Source: Trichoplax adhaerens (taxonomy: Eukaryota; Animalia; Placozoa). From it: a DNA stretch of 64,000 bases. A program made the translations under genes and the position numbers. The notes beneath the pieces are model-generated. The model was not told where the DNA came from. It searched no databases and saw nothing but the letters and a program-made list of their open reading frames with translations. Location of the stretch: positions 62,001 through 126,000 of the forward strand of contig NW_002060965.1 in assembly GCF_000150275.1 (NCBI RefSeq), read 5' to 3'. Shown here piece by piece: positions 12,480 to 28,424 of this stretch. Position 1 is the stretch's first letter; each line of letters begins with the position of its first letter.

Positions 12480-13300
12480 CAGTTTTAAATCTCAGTATAA
12501 TTTCTCCCTTCTATTCTTCTCTTCACCCAATAAGATATTGTAAATTAGTGCGCAAGGTCAAATATGCTGTAGTTATCATCAGATGTTTACACCTTCTGTA
12601 GACGAAGCTGTATTTTAAGTGAATCTGTTCTGTTAATACTAATTATTTGTGGGCGCTAAAATAATATAGTCGTTTCCTGGCGATATAGATTTCTATTTCA
12701 CAAATAATATCTGAAATCCATCTTATCGTAGCTAAAGTAAAACGGAAACGTATTTAAATCTCCACTTTCTTGACACCCTTTCTTCATCTTAAGGTTAATC
12801 AAACACGACATTGTGGTTGCATGGAAGATCAACTAAGCGACAATTATAGTCTAATCTTGACGCTTACGTAACGCCATCTATAAGCAAATCTGTTATGATC
12901 AATTGAAATATGGATCAAAGCTAATAGTCTATGAACTTTGTAGGTAATTTTCAGGCTATCTTCATATTCATTTCGCAAATAATATCCGAAAAACTACTGG
13001 TACTATTAGCCAAAACCAACAGTTTCTATTGGTAATAGTAAAAAATCTTTTAAATCTCCACTTACATTGCTATTCTTTACTACATTCTTCGCCTTCAGCG
13101 ATGTTGAAAAGTGCTACCCAGATCAAAGAGATGCTATCATTGTTATCGTCCGGGTATTTATTCTGACATAAAACTATATGTAAAGCAAAGCAGTCGCAAT
13201 AAATTAATCCATGAATCAATACTGACAAAATGATAACTCTCCCGCTCGTTTATAAGCTATCCAAAAATCTATTTCATAAATAATTTCTGAAAGCAGCTTG
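12480..13300. repeat. Highly degenerate ~280-300 bp repeat (3+ copies)
   Basis: TTTAAATCTC at ~12484, 12753, 13049 and ATTTC..AAATAAT.TC.GAAA at ~12694, 12970, 13271. Confidence 0.55.
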
Positions 13301-14811
13301 TACCATTACTCTAGATGATCTGTTTTCTCGGAAGCATCAAAAAAAAAGATGAAATCTGTAATTTCTGGTCTAATTTCAATGTTGACGAATCAAATCGAAC
13401 ATTCTTTAAGTCTCGTCAACATGAAATACCTACAAATTGTAGTGATCATTAAATATTCTTACACATAATTGTGCAAAAGGTGAATCTGTTATCATGAATT
13501 AATTTAATCATTAATCTTGCAAAAATAGATGAAGATGATTTACAGGCCATCTTCATATCAATTTCACCATTGCATCGACAATAGTATTCCGTACCAGTAG
13601 TCGACGGAGATCATTCCTCTTTAGAAATGTTAAAAAAATAGCAACTTTCTGTTTTCTTTCCGCCTTTCCATGCCTTAATCAAAGCTGATTGGTGTTGAAG
13701 GCTTGTAAGCAAGATTAAATCAGCAACAGCTATTATTGGATATTGATGATAACACGAAACTGTGTATAAGTTACATCTGTTATAATAAATCAATTTATTT
13801 ATCAACATTGGAAGACAAGAGTGACAACTCTATATCTTCTACGGTGTCTTTAATCAATATTACCAAAGCAGCGTTATATCATAGCCGTCAAATCGCTAGT
13901 ACAATAGGTCAAATGGACACCTTAGAATTGCTGGAAATAGGGAAAAGATATTTTAAATTCCTTTTTTCTTTTTTTACCTTTTAAATCTTCTATCAAACGT
14001 GATACTGTAGCATCCTTTTAAAAGTAAATTGACCGCAATGATCACCGGATATAAAGTATATGATCAAATAATTGGTACATAAATCTGTAATCATTAACGG
14101 TAAACGAGTGAAAATTCTATATACATGTATAGCTTTAATATTATCTTTAAATCTAGTTTACAAATAATATCATCAATGATAAAATAGTTGAAAAAATGGC
14201 TATATTTGATATTTATCTCTTAAAAATGTAAAAAAAACTTTTAAAATCCCCTACTCTCCTTTCTATGTTATACATATCTTAACACAAAATCTACCATACG
14301 GTGGTGATTGTGAGATAATTATACTTTGACAACACCTTGTAGAAAATAAAGCAATGATGATCAACGTATTCATCAAATGTTAGAAGAAGCGATAATCCCG
14401 TAGGCTGACTTGAAATTTTTTTTCGCAAGCAACGTCATAAATTATAAATTACTTCCAAATAGCATCATAAGATGTTTACTAGGTATCTTGCCTGCCTGAA
14501 GATATTATGTATAATGCGACTACATACAATAAATCGCTTTCCCATAACAAAATTAAATCAAAGCAAACCTATATTATTATAAACACTACATGAACAAAAT
14601 ACCACCAGCAAATAATAGCAAAAGTTTATAAATATCCAATCTGTAATTGACGACTAGTAATCCAATCTATTTGACATAAGCTCATTTATGAATAAACAAT
14701 TCCTGAACAGATTAATGCCAGTATTAGATTGCTATTAAGACTCTGGATGGAACTGAACTGCAACACGAGTATTTATTGTATATTCGATTTCTTTTTTTTT
14801 ATGGCGTTTAG

Positions 14812-17800
14812 TACAACATTTGCAAGCAGAGATTGGACAGCAAGGTAGCCGCTCTGCAGATTCTTCATCGAGAACTAGCATCCTGTCAATTAGAAAGGGA
14901 TCTGTATAAAACAAAGTACAATCAATTGGTAAGTTGCTAAAAACTTTTATATTTATGTTCGATAAATCGGTTACAGAACTTTTCAGTTATTTCCATTCTC
15001 AATCTACAACAATGAATCGTAGCTTTCAGTAGTCTGATGATCCTACCGAACACTTAAAGCATCAGGCTCTGTATTTACTTTATGTTGTTAAATTACGGTA
15101 TAAAGTTAGGACATTATATCTGGTACAATAAGTATTTTTACTATGGTTTCACACAATGATTATTAAATGCTGCGCATACATATCGTTAATTGACGGTAAT
15201 CAATACTTTTATGGACTACTTTCTTCGTTCCCAACGTTCTTTAAGCTAAAAATGATCTCTTGATAATTTGTACGAGCCAACTCTTCCTATAATTCAACTT
15301 CGATACTAAAACATTTGTGATAGTTTTATTAAAATTAGCGATTCACATTGGTTTATATCAGGCTACATAGATAACATAAAATAAAACTGTGAGTAAAATA
15401 GGTAAGATAAAGACATAAACTCCCTTTAAACTGTATTTTTAGGTTAAATCTTTTGCTAAACCCTCGAATTAGCCTAATTAAATAGCAAATGACCATGATT
15501 TAGTTCGTACTCTTCTATGGCAGCAACACAGTCAATCTTATGCAGAAATAGATGCAGATAGTCTAAAAATCTGAAAGTCAGATATAATAGATTAATTTGC
15601 TTAGACAGATATTAATAGCAAAGCATTATTATGTTCAAATTGTACAATATTATCATACATCACCTCAAGTTAATAATTTTTAAATATTTTACAAAAGAAT
15701 ATTTTAGAAAACGTGATCATGAGCCAAAATGCTAAAAATGCTTCCTAGTCTAGATCGAAGCAAGATTCTGATGAATGCACAGTTTAATATTTGTTAAGCC
15801 TCTCAATTTACTTCTTACAGGTACAAGAAAGAAATGGGGAAACCGTAACCTCATCGACAACTAAATATTCTTGGGTATCTAACTTGGATTAATGAGCACT
15901 ATAGAAATTAATTTCGGTCATGTAACTCTATTATTGCAGTATAGAAGTGTAAGACTCCAATTAGCCCTTGTTACAAAGTAGATTTCACTCCTATAACGAT
16001 GCTATTGTCCTGCAGGAATGAAAAACTTCGATTAGTCCTTGTCGTAAAATTAAAATTTACTCCTATAACCAAACTATTGCCTTATAGAAATGAAAAACTT
16101 CTATAACCCTCATTACAATACAAATTTCACTCGTATAATGATGCTGTTCCGCTGCTAAAGGAAAGACTTCGATTAGCTGTTGTCGTAAAACAAATTCCAC
16201 TCCTATAATGATACTATTGCTCTACAGGAATGACAGACTTCGATCAAGCCGTTGCCGCAAAACAAATTTTACTATACTATTGCCTTGCATGAATGAAAGA
16301 CTTTAGATTAGCTCTTGTTGCAAAATAAATTCCACTCCTATAACGGCACTATTACCCAGCAGAAACGAAAGCTTTAATAACCTTTATTGCAAACAAATGT
16401 CACCCATGCTACGACACTGTTACTCTGTAGAAATGATAGACTTCGATTAGCCCTTATCACAAAATAAATTTGTCTGTCATTCTCAAAGCTAATTAATCGT
16501 TAATACGTATCCGTTTATGTTATGGTCAAAGTACGCATACATAGAATGTAAATCGAATAGTATTGTTATAAATTTGTCCTAACTTTTTGGCACTTTGCAT
16601 ATGATGAAATACTGAGGCTTGAGGAAGTAGCCATCTGCATGCCAAATAAACTGACTTTTATTGCCTGCTATTTAATGGAAATTATACTGCTTTTAATGAA
16701 TCAGATGTAACTGTAAGTGAATACATGGACTTACTCTACGTATATTTCCTTCTATAAAAGGATGATGAGAAAGATGACAATTTTTACACGAAATCCTTGG
16801 ACAGAGATGCGCGTTATATTCATGAATCAAGTCGTAATAAGGTAATTTTACTAAAGTGTACAATTATACCCTGCAACAGTATACTGTTCTAGATAATTGC
16901 AAACTTTATCAATCATACCATTTAATAAATGATGTACCGTATTCTATCGCCTTATTTAAGCATAAAAGTAAAGTAAGACGTAAGACAAGTCATTATGATT
17001 ATGATTAATAGAGTAACAAATCCATATAATATTCAAATTCATGAGCTGATACATTTGAAATGCAAATCAAATCTTTCAAATAGGGTATGATTCAAATTTT
17101 ATGCGATGCACGGATGCAAATTAAACGCTTGCAACTAGATCTGGATCATATCAGACAAAGATTTTGCGAAGCCCAAGGAGATATTAAAGTAAATTATTAT
17201 TTGTCCCTATTGACTCTGAAATCGAACACGAATTATTTTCTTACTACTTCTCTCAATCTAATTTCATTTCTAGCTTTTGAGAGAAAAAGCTAAGCGGCGC
17301 CAGCAACAAATGGTACGCAGTTTAACTCAAGAACACTCTCATATACAAGAAGACGAGCGTAAGAAATTAGTTTTGGAGCTGGAATCTGCTAATGAAAAGG
17401 TATATAGCCATGAAAATTTGTGTAGTTTGAATATAGCTGTTGTGAATGTACCATTGCAATTGATTAATAGAATAATATAGTTTATTAATTATTTGATGCT
17501 ATGGTCTCACAGATTATCCAATATGAACGATTTATTAAAGATGTAACCGATGAAAAAAGTGAATTAGAAATTGAAGTAATGTTGAGTACAATTATGGTTC
17601 ATTTTATCCTAGAATAGACTATTTAAGCACCCGCTAGATTTCTGAATTAATTAAAATTATATTGCAAATCAGTTATACAGTAGAAGATCTATAGAAGGAG
17701 GTAAAACAGCTAGTTCAGATCAGTTTCTAGAGGTGTTTCTTTGGACTATAAATCTTAAACATACTCTGAATTAAATAGCGGGATTCCCATCGCGATAAAG

Positions 17801-19566
17801 CTAGTAGATTGAATCAAGAATTAAATTATATGATTACTGGCGATGATAAACGAATTTATGATATCGATGAACTCATAGTAGAAAACAGGTTAGTATCATT
17901 AGCAATATTTCGATGTATAGACTAGAATCGATACTTCCTATGCATGGGTATACCAAATATCTAAATCTTAACCTTTTTCGTACAGATATTTAAAGGAGAG
18001 GTTGAAGCAGTGTGTAGAAGAAAAGAAAATTGCCTTACAAACTGTTTCTAAACTAAAGGTACTACATCGAGTTATGATGACAATTACTATAAAAGATTGC
18101 GAGTGACAAATATTAGGAATAATTGCTTTTAAGATTTTATACCATTTGACACTTACAATCTACGTTTTACAGTCCGCTCTTGATAAGTGCAAGTTAAAAA
18201 GTGTAAGATTTAACTTATCCGATTTAACGGGAGGATCAATTATGTCCAGCTCTCCAAGAAAATCCAAAGCTGGTGCAAGTACGAATCCATCTAAACTGAT
18301 TCCAGCTTGAATTGAATGATATTTGAGTAGAATGGAAACAATGCTAGTCTTGTTTATTCCATCTAATTGAATTCAATTTATTCTTAGATTTAAAAGTTGG
18401 GAATGCGTCTACAACATTCTCCGATTTGCAAGCCCTAGCAACATCCCTACAAGAAACTGTAACTGATAAAAACACCGCATTGCTCCATCAAAGGCGAACC
18501 AATAGGTACATGATCACGATTAATCCCACAATCGATATGTTGTTACTGAACACTCACCAAAAACTAAAGTTTTGGACTAGCTATGTAATTGTACGGTCGA
18601 CTAATTCAATGACCATAACATATCTACAGTATTTAAATGGAAAAAATTCATCCATCAACACTTTATAATCGAATAAGAACGGTTACGATCACATCCTTCA
18701 TATAAAAGCGTAACCTAAATTTGTATTGCTATTTCGGATTACTTAGTAGCCATAATTGTAATTAATAGCTAATTCTCCATTTGCTAAAGGAGATTAATTT
18801 CTACTTGCTTTAAATAAAGACCTAAACGCTTGCAAAAGCTGCTACTATTGTACAATGTTTAGTTCAAAGATTTCGTAATTTTGAATGCAATTAATCAAAA
18901 TATTGCTGTTCACAGTTTGGCACAAGGAGTTATAAGATTATAGAAATTTGAAACCTCAAATAGGTCCATGAAATTTTGACATATAGTACCTAATTGCTTC
19001 CTATTTCATGGATTTTTATCTAAAAGGATCCTAGGTGCACGTGTGGCTGAATTAGAAAAGAAACTTAAAAATTTTGAAATTGCAGGGTCAATTGGTTTAG
19101 CAGGTTAGGTGATGATAAAAAGGTTAGATAAATATGAGATTGAAAATGATCTTTACTGAAGAAGCTTTAATCCACAATTTCAACAGATTGTTCATCTAGT
19201 ATCGAAGAACTAGAAAAACAACAAAAAATGCTACATCAGCGTCTAGCAAATGTAATTTCGATATTAGAACAACGACGCAAGCAACGGAAATACAGTGAAA
19301 TGGAAAGTAACAGTATCAATCGAAGTTTTGATTATACAGTTATCGATTCAGAAGTTTGTTCTCCAGTTACTCTAAAACCCAGTACTAATGAAATTTGGGC
19401 TGAAAAAGATAATTTCCGCTTTAATCCAAGTTTATTTGAATCTCAAGACGGTCACAATTGTAATCATGAAAACTCTAACGATCAATCTACAAATAGCCAT
19501 AATCATCCTGACCAAGACTGTCAATCTAATGGCGATCATTCTTCAGTTGTGGAATCCAATTCCTAA
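14812..19566 (+). CDS. CCDC149: Coiled-coil domain-containing protein 149 ortholog; ~12 identified coding exons, first exon(s) upstream of 14812 unresolved
   Basis: Spliced peptides YNICKQRLDSKVAALQILHRELASCQLERDLYK (14812-14928), RDKASRLNQELNYMITGDDKRIYDIDELIVENR/YLKERLKQ and SDLQALATSLQETVTDKNTALLHQRRTNR/ILGARVAELEKKLK match the characteristic CCDC149 segments. Last exon ends at the stop at 19566. Confidence 0.85.
15945..16470. repeat. Minisatellite, ~8 copies of ~70 bp, in a CCDC149 intron
   Basis: Unit GACTTCGATTAGCCCTTGTCGCAAAA...TTCACTCCTATAACGATGCTATTG...GAAATGAAA recurs at ~15953, 16025, 16097, 16165, 16236, 16299, 16370 and 16439. Confidence 0.88.
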
Positions 19567-21330
19567 CAAATGCTATTATGGTAATACTGTATCATATCAG
19601 CTTAGATTGTATATATTAGAGTAATCCAAAAATATCTAGAATCTCAGAGGAATAAAATTATCAATTTTACAATAATTAAAATCTAACTAAAATACCAGAA
19701 TCACATCGTAATCTCTCGTTTATCTTATCATGCTTACGATTGCTTCGTTGTTGATTATATAATAATCTTAAATCAATCCAGGAAATAACTTCATCACGTT
19801 AATAATTTAACTGTAATTACATCATTATAATTGTGTATAGCAGTGGATCTGCCTATACTAGAACAAGATAAAATGAAGTAAGAAATCCCAATATCAATAA
19901 TAAAATTAGCCACCTCGATTGCTAAAAAATTTGATCACATTTCTGTTATCTTATCCGTGACGAGCGATGTTGCTTTAGCAGTGTAATTCGGTAAATTATT
20001 GTGCTATCCGGAATTTCATTCGGGTTGTTCAATTACTATAAAGAGTTCCCTTTTGTGATACAGCAGTATTAAAAAGATGTACATGGATCATGATAATTAG
20101 ACCATAAAAAGTATAGGCCTAACCTTACTTACTTAGCTTATTTTGTATTTGAACTAATTAGTTCTTTCGTGATATAGCCGAGAATAACTTAGTAACTAGT
20201 TTAGTATTGCGTAGTTTATAATAAAATTGGCATCATTTTTATTCTATTTAAACCGTTTAAATTCGCTGTTCTTATACATCAGCTGAAAGAGTACACTACC
20301 TGATCGAATCTACCGCATAATTCGAAAAAGGAAGAGTTTAAATCTGAAAATTTCCATGATCCATGGAACTGGTTATAACTATTATTATAGTATACGCGTA
20401 CTCTGTTATTTCAGCTTAATGACCCAGTTGACAGGAGCTATAGTTGGAAAATACATAGAGGCATACGCAATGTTTAATGTATACGCTGTTCTTCTCAACT
20501 AGTGTAGGTGCGAGTTTGGTGTTATACTTGCATAATTGTTTTCACACAAGAATTACAACACTGGGTTTTACTTCATGCTAGACAACAGAAATCGAAATCA
20601 TCTAACCACGAGAACAACAGTAGGCTATGTGTATGAAGCAGTGGTTTAACGTAATATTTTAATCGTTACTTCTAGCCACACTATAGCGTCAATACTAGTA
20701 ATAGTAATTACTGTAGGCAATGGAATCATACGCATAACTGAATATAAAGTAGATTGAAAGTCGAAAACTTAATAATTCGATACGATTAAAAACGAAAATA
20801 TAGCAATAACAATCACATCGAAGTAGGTAAGCGAAAGAAATTCTATTCAAATTTATTATCGGTAAAAATTATTACCTTATACAACAACTATAAAAGCACA
20901 TTAACACATTATATTCTCCGGTGATTTAGGGCTAATCACCAATTCCGCGATCAAAACTTTCATATATTAGTTGTTTTTGTAAATTTTAAACTACTGAATA
21001 CAAGCATTTTCTTATGTCTTACTTGGTTAAGAAATGAAAAGCCTTCATAGAAACTTGGATAACAAGTTTTATCTCTCTACGTAAAGTAATAGTAGTTATG
21101 GTAATCATGTGCCATCTTCTAGTAAAAGCACTTACTACTTATAGTGGTATAACTCAAGACATATTTGACGAATAGTAGTATACCAAAGATAATTTAATAA
21201 ACCTCTGATACTGCGCGCTTCATAGGCAAATGTTAATCATTCATGTTAAAATACAGCTGATTGTTTCGAAATGTAACATAACTGTTAGCAGGAAGGAAAT
21301 TCCTGTAAAACCCTATCACTTTCCTCGTTT

Positions 21331-25166
<3,836 letters not shown>

Positions 25167-25454
25167 TTTGCAGCTTGAGATTTTTCTGGCAAGATTAGCA
25201 GGACGTCTTCTACTTTGCTAAAGCCACCGACAACGGGAAGCGTAAAGAGAATCGCAGTCTCGTCAGCTTAACAAGTACCTAAGTACAGTGCAATGTCTAC
25301 GGTACTGTGCACTCTACAGTCCTGTAGCGTACTGTACGGTACAATACGACTCAGTCTGGATGGCACTACACAGACCAGTCAAAAGTCGCCCTGATTCAGA
25401 CATGACGCAAGTACTGTAAAAAGAGTCATACTGTACTCAGTACAGTATACGCAT

Positions 25455-25465
25455 GGTCATGTGAT
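25455..25465. promoter_or_regulatory. M-box/CLEAR-like element (GGTCATGTGAT) ~290 bp upstream of the ATP6V1B start codon
   Basis: Exact TCATGTGA core, the MITF/TFEB-family site known at V-ATPase subunit promoters in bilaterians. Function here is inferred. Confidence 0.5.
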
Positions 25466-25489
25466 AGTCATTCAAGGCGTGAGCAAGTT

Positions 25490-26425
25490 TCAGTACAGAC
25501 AGTACAGTGTACCATACTGTCATCATCTGATGGTACTATTAGCAGAGATTGCCATCCGCTGTAGTCACTTCTCACTGCAGAAAACTTGTCTTGATGCTGT
25601 ACAGTGTACACTGTACAGTACAGTAGTCCCAAATGGTACTGTACTGGATTGATTGTACTGTAGTCACTCCTCACTGCAGGGAACTTGTCTTGATGCTGTA
25701 CAGTGTACAGTACAGTAGTCCAAAGATGGTACTGTACATTCTAGTACAGACTGTACTGTACACTGTACAGTACTGTACAGTGTACAGTATACAGTACCAA
25801 TACTGTCATCATCCATTCATACTATTGGCAGAGATTGCCATTCGCTGCAGTCACTCCTCACTGCAGAGAATTTGTCTTGATGCTGTACAGTACTGTACAG
25901 TAGTCTAAAGATGGTACTGTACTGGATTGTACTGTACACTGTGCTATACTGTACTACAGTATACTGTACAGTACTGTACAGTACAGTAGTCTAAAGATGG
26001 TACTGTACTGGATTGTACTGTACACTGTGCTATACTGTACTACAGTATACTGTACAGTACTGTACATTCTAGTACAGACTGTACAGTGTACAGTACAGTA
26101 CCATACTGTCTCAGTGAGTCCTCACTGCTGAGAACTTGATGCTATACAGTGTACAGTACAGTACAGTACAGTATAATAAATAAATAAAATCAGGCGGAAC
26201 GCTAGGGAACACTACTGTACAGGGTACACTGTACAGTATACCGACTGTACTGTATAGCTGACTCACTACTCTCACTGCTGAGAACTTGCCTTGATGCTGT
26301 ACAGTGTAATGTGTACAGTACAGTAGTCCCCAAATTGTACTGTACTGTACATTCTCGTACAGACTGACTACAGTATATTACTGTACAATGTACAGTACTA
26401 TATACTGTGTACAGTGTACTGTAGA
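25490..26425. repeat. Composite tandem repeat rich in palindromic GTACAGTAC/TACTGTAC, in the ATP6V1B / phosphoesterase divergent spacer
   Basis: Unit CTCACTGC.GAGAACTTG(TCTTG)ATGCTGTACAG at ~25571, 25670, 25857, 26121, 26271; near-exact ~87 bp duplication at ~25896-26066; AAATCAGGCGGAACG twice (~26187, ~26456). Confidence 0.9.
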
Positions 26426-26966
26426 CTAGACTATAAATCACGAAAAATCATGGTGAAATCAGGCGGAACGTACGGTACGCAACACGATACCGTGACTGAG
26501 ATTGAAGAAGGACCATACGGTACCAAACGTACCGTGCCACTATGGCCTCTTCCAATGTTGCATATCAAAATGGTTTGTGGGCGTGTGGACGCTTTTGCTT
26601 CAGCAGTACACTACTGTGACTGCAATTTGTAGCCGGCTGGCCGGAGCCCACTGCCCGGTACCGGGGGTATCATGGCCGCTGCGCAGTGTGTACCATAGGA
26701 TTGCATGGAGCACTGATGTGTACTGTACTCTACTCTACTCTACTCAAGCCTAACATTAGCAGTCTACTGACTGTATTCAAGGACACTTGCATATCGATTC
26801 AAACCGTGGTGTGGCCTGTCAATTCATTTCATTTCTGCTAGGTCAACTGGCGAACTTCGACTTGGATTTGAAAGGGTATATGGCTCCACTTTCAACAACA
26901 CAGGATACATCTATCGTTGCCGAGTTATCGATACCTACCATACACAGTTGATTGCAATTGCTGCTT

Positions 26967-28424
26967 ATGTTGTATAATCTATGTCGAGCAGGTAGCCTTA
27001 GTTGCAAGCATTTAAGCTATTGTACTAAACCTGTCGTTGCAACGATGAGCAGAATATTTGCCATTTCTGATCTCCATGTCGATTACGGCCAAAATTGGGC
27101 TGTTGTCAATGACTGGTCAGATACGGACTACAACAACGATGTGTTAATACTTGCTGGAGATGTCACTGATTCTTTGGAACTATTAAAATCCACTCTCATC
27201 CTTCTTCGTCAAAAGTTTGCCCAAGTTTGCTTTGTTCCCGGTAATGTACACTTACTAGGATAGCTCACGTTGCCCAATTCGCTGCTTGCCAGTGCTATGA
27301 TGCAACCATCCACATATTAACAAACCATGGACTCTTCATGTTATCAATCCAAACATCATCTTATAAATTAAATGCACTGTAGTTACAAGTCATAACATTA
27401 AAATTACTCTCATACTGAAAGAACGAGGATAGACGAGTCAATCAAGTAGACCTGATCCTACTGCTGAATCTACTCTTCCTTACTTAGTGGTGTACACATA
27501 AGTGAATGCTTTGAAATGCAACCTTATCTCACACTACTCTAATTTAGCCATAGCTACTGCAGTTCCACAGTGATATACGTCTCTCCATGTAGGCAACAAA
27601 ATGGATTTAAAATGTTGGATCGTTATCATGAATGAACTCTACCTAACAAATCACTTTCATCCAATTGCTCAACTCTTCTAGGCAATCATGACGTGTGGGT
27701 CAGAAAGCACCGAGATGGCGATACCAACTCTATAGCAAAGTTCGGGCAGATCTTGAATTTATGTCAAAGAATTGGCATTAAGACAAAGCCAACTTGTGTC
27801 TCGTGTATTGACAACTCCAAAGTCTGGCTAGTGCCGATCTACTCTTGGTATACTCAACCAGAAGAAGATGAAATAGATTCTTTATATTTTCCCTCCTCAA
27901 TTGAAAGTCGACGAATGTCACGAGAAATTTGGTCGGATAATTATAACTGCAAATGGCCTGATGGTATGCTAACTACCATTTCCGAGCACTTTGCGGACTT
28001 AAATGATGACTTCATCACCGATGATTACGACGCACCTGTAATCACTTTCAGTCATTTTTTGCCAAGGCAAGAGTTGATCGCGTCGTCTCACGATGACGAT
28101 GTTGCCGTTAGTACTGAGAGAGAATTTCTTGGACTTCCTAAGCTAGATTACGCAAAGAGGCAAGGTGCTCTAGCAGGTTTTAATTTCAGCATTTATGCTG
28201 GCAGTAAATATATTGATAAGCAATTGCGTCAATGCAAATCTGTACTACATGTTTTCGGCCACCAGCACCGAAATCGCGATCGAGTCATAGACAATGTACG
28301 ATATGTATCTCATTGCCTTGGTTATCATAAAGAAAGGCAGGATGGATTACTTTGGGGATTGCGGCAATGGCAGAATGGTCCAAAAATGATCTGGCCAGTT
28401 CCTACTAAAGATGAAGCGAAGTAA
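26967..28424 (+). CDS. Calcineurin-like metallophosphoesterase; 2 exons: 26967 (or 27045)-27240 and 27682-28424
   Basis: All five metallophosphoesterase motifs: SDLH, LAGDV, PG|NHD (split by the intron), SHFLP, FGHQH. Start may be ATG 27045 (312 aa) or the in-frame ATG 26967 (+26 aa). Confidence 0.88.

Noticed and set aside
14349-14400. Possible CCDC149 upstream exon (NDDQRIHQMLEE)
   Set aside because: It would need a weak non-canonical GC donor, so it was left out of the gene model.
25490-26425. CRISPR-like appearance of regularly spaced repeats (also 15945-16470)
   Set aside because: Eukaryotic context, spacers are themselves repetitive or homologous, and there are no cas genes.
26617-26665. 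U1-like 3' end (GACTGCAATTTGTAG plus GC stem)
   Set aside because: No ATACTTACCTG 5' end or U1 loop motifs at the expected distance.
25461-26753. Several Y/S/T/V/Q/C-rich ORFs
   Set aside because: Translations of the GTACAGT repeat array and the adjacent GC-rich element, not genes.
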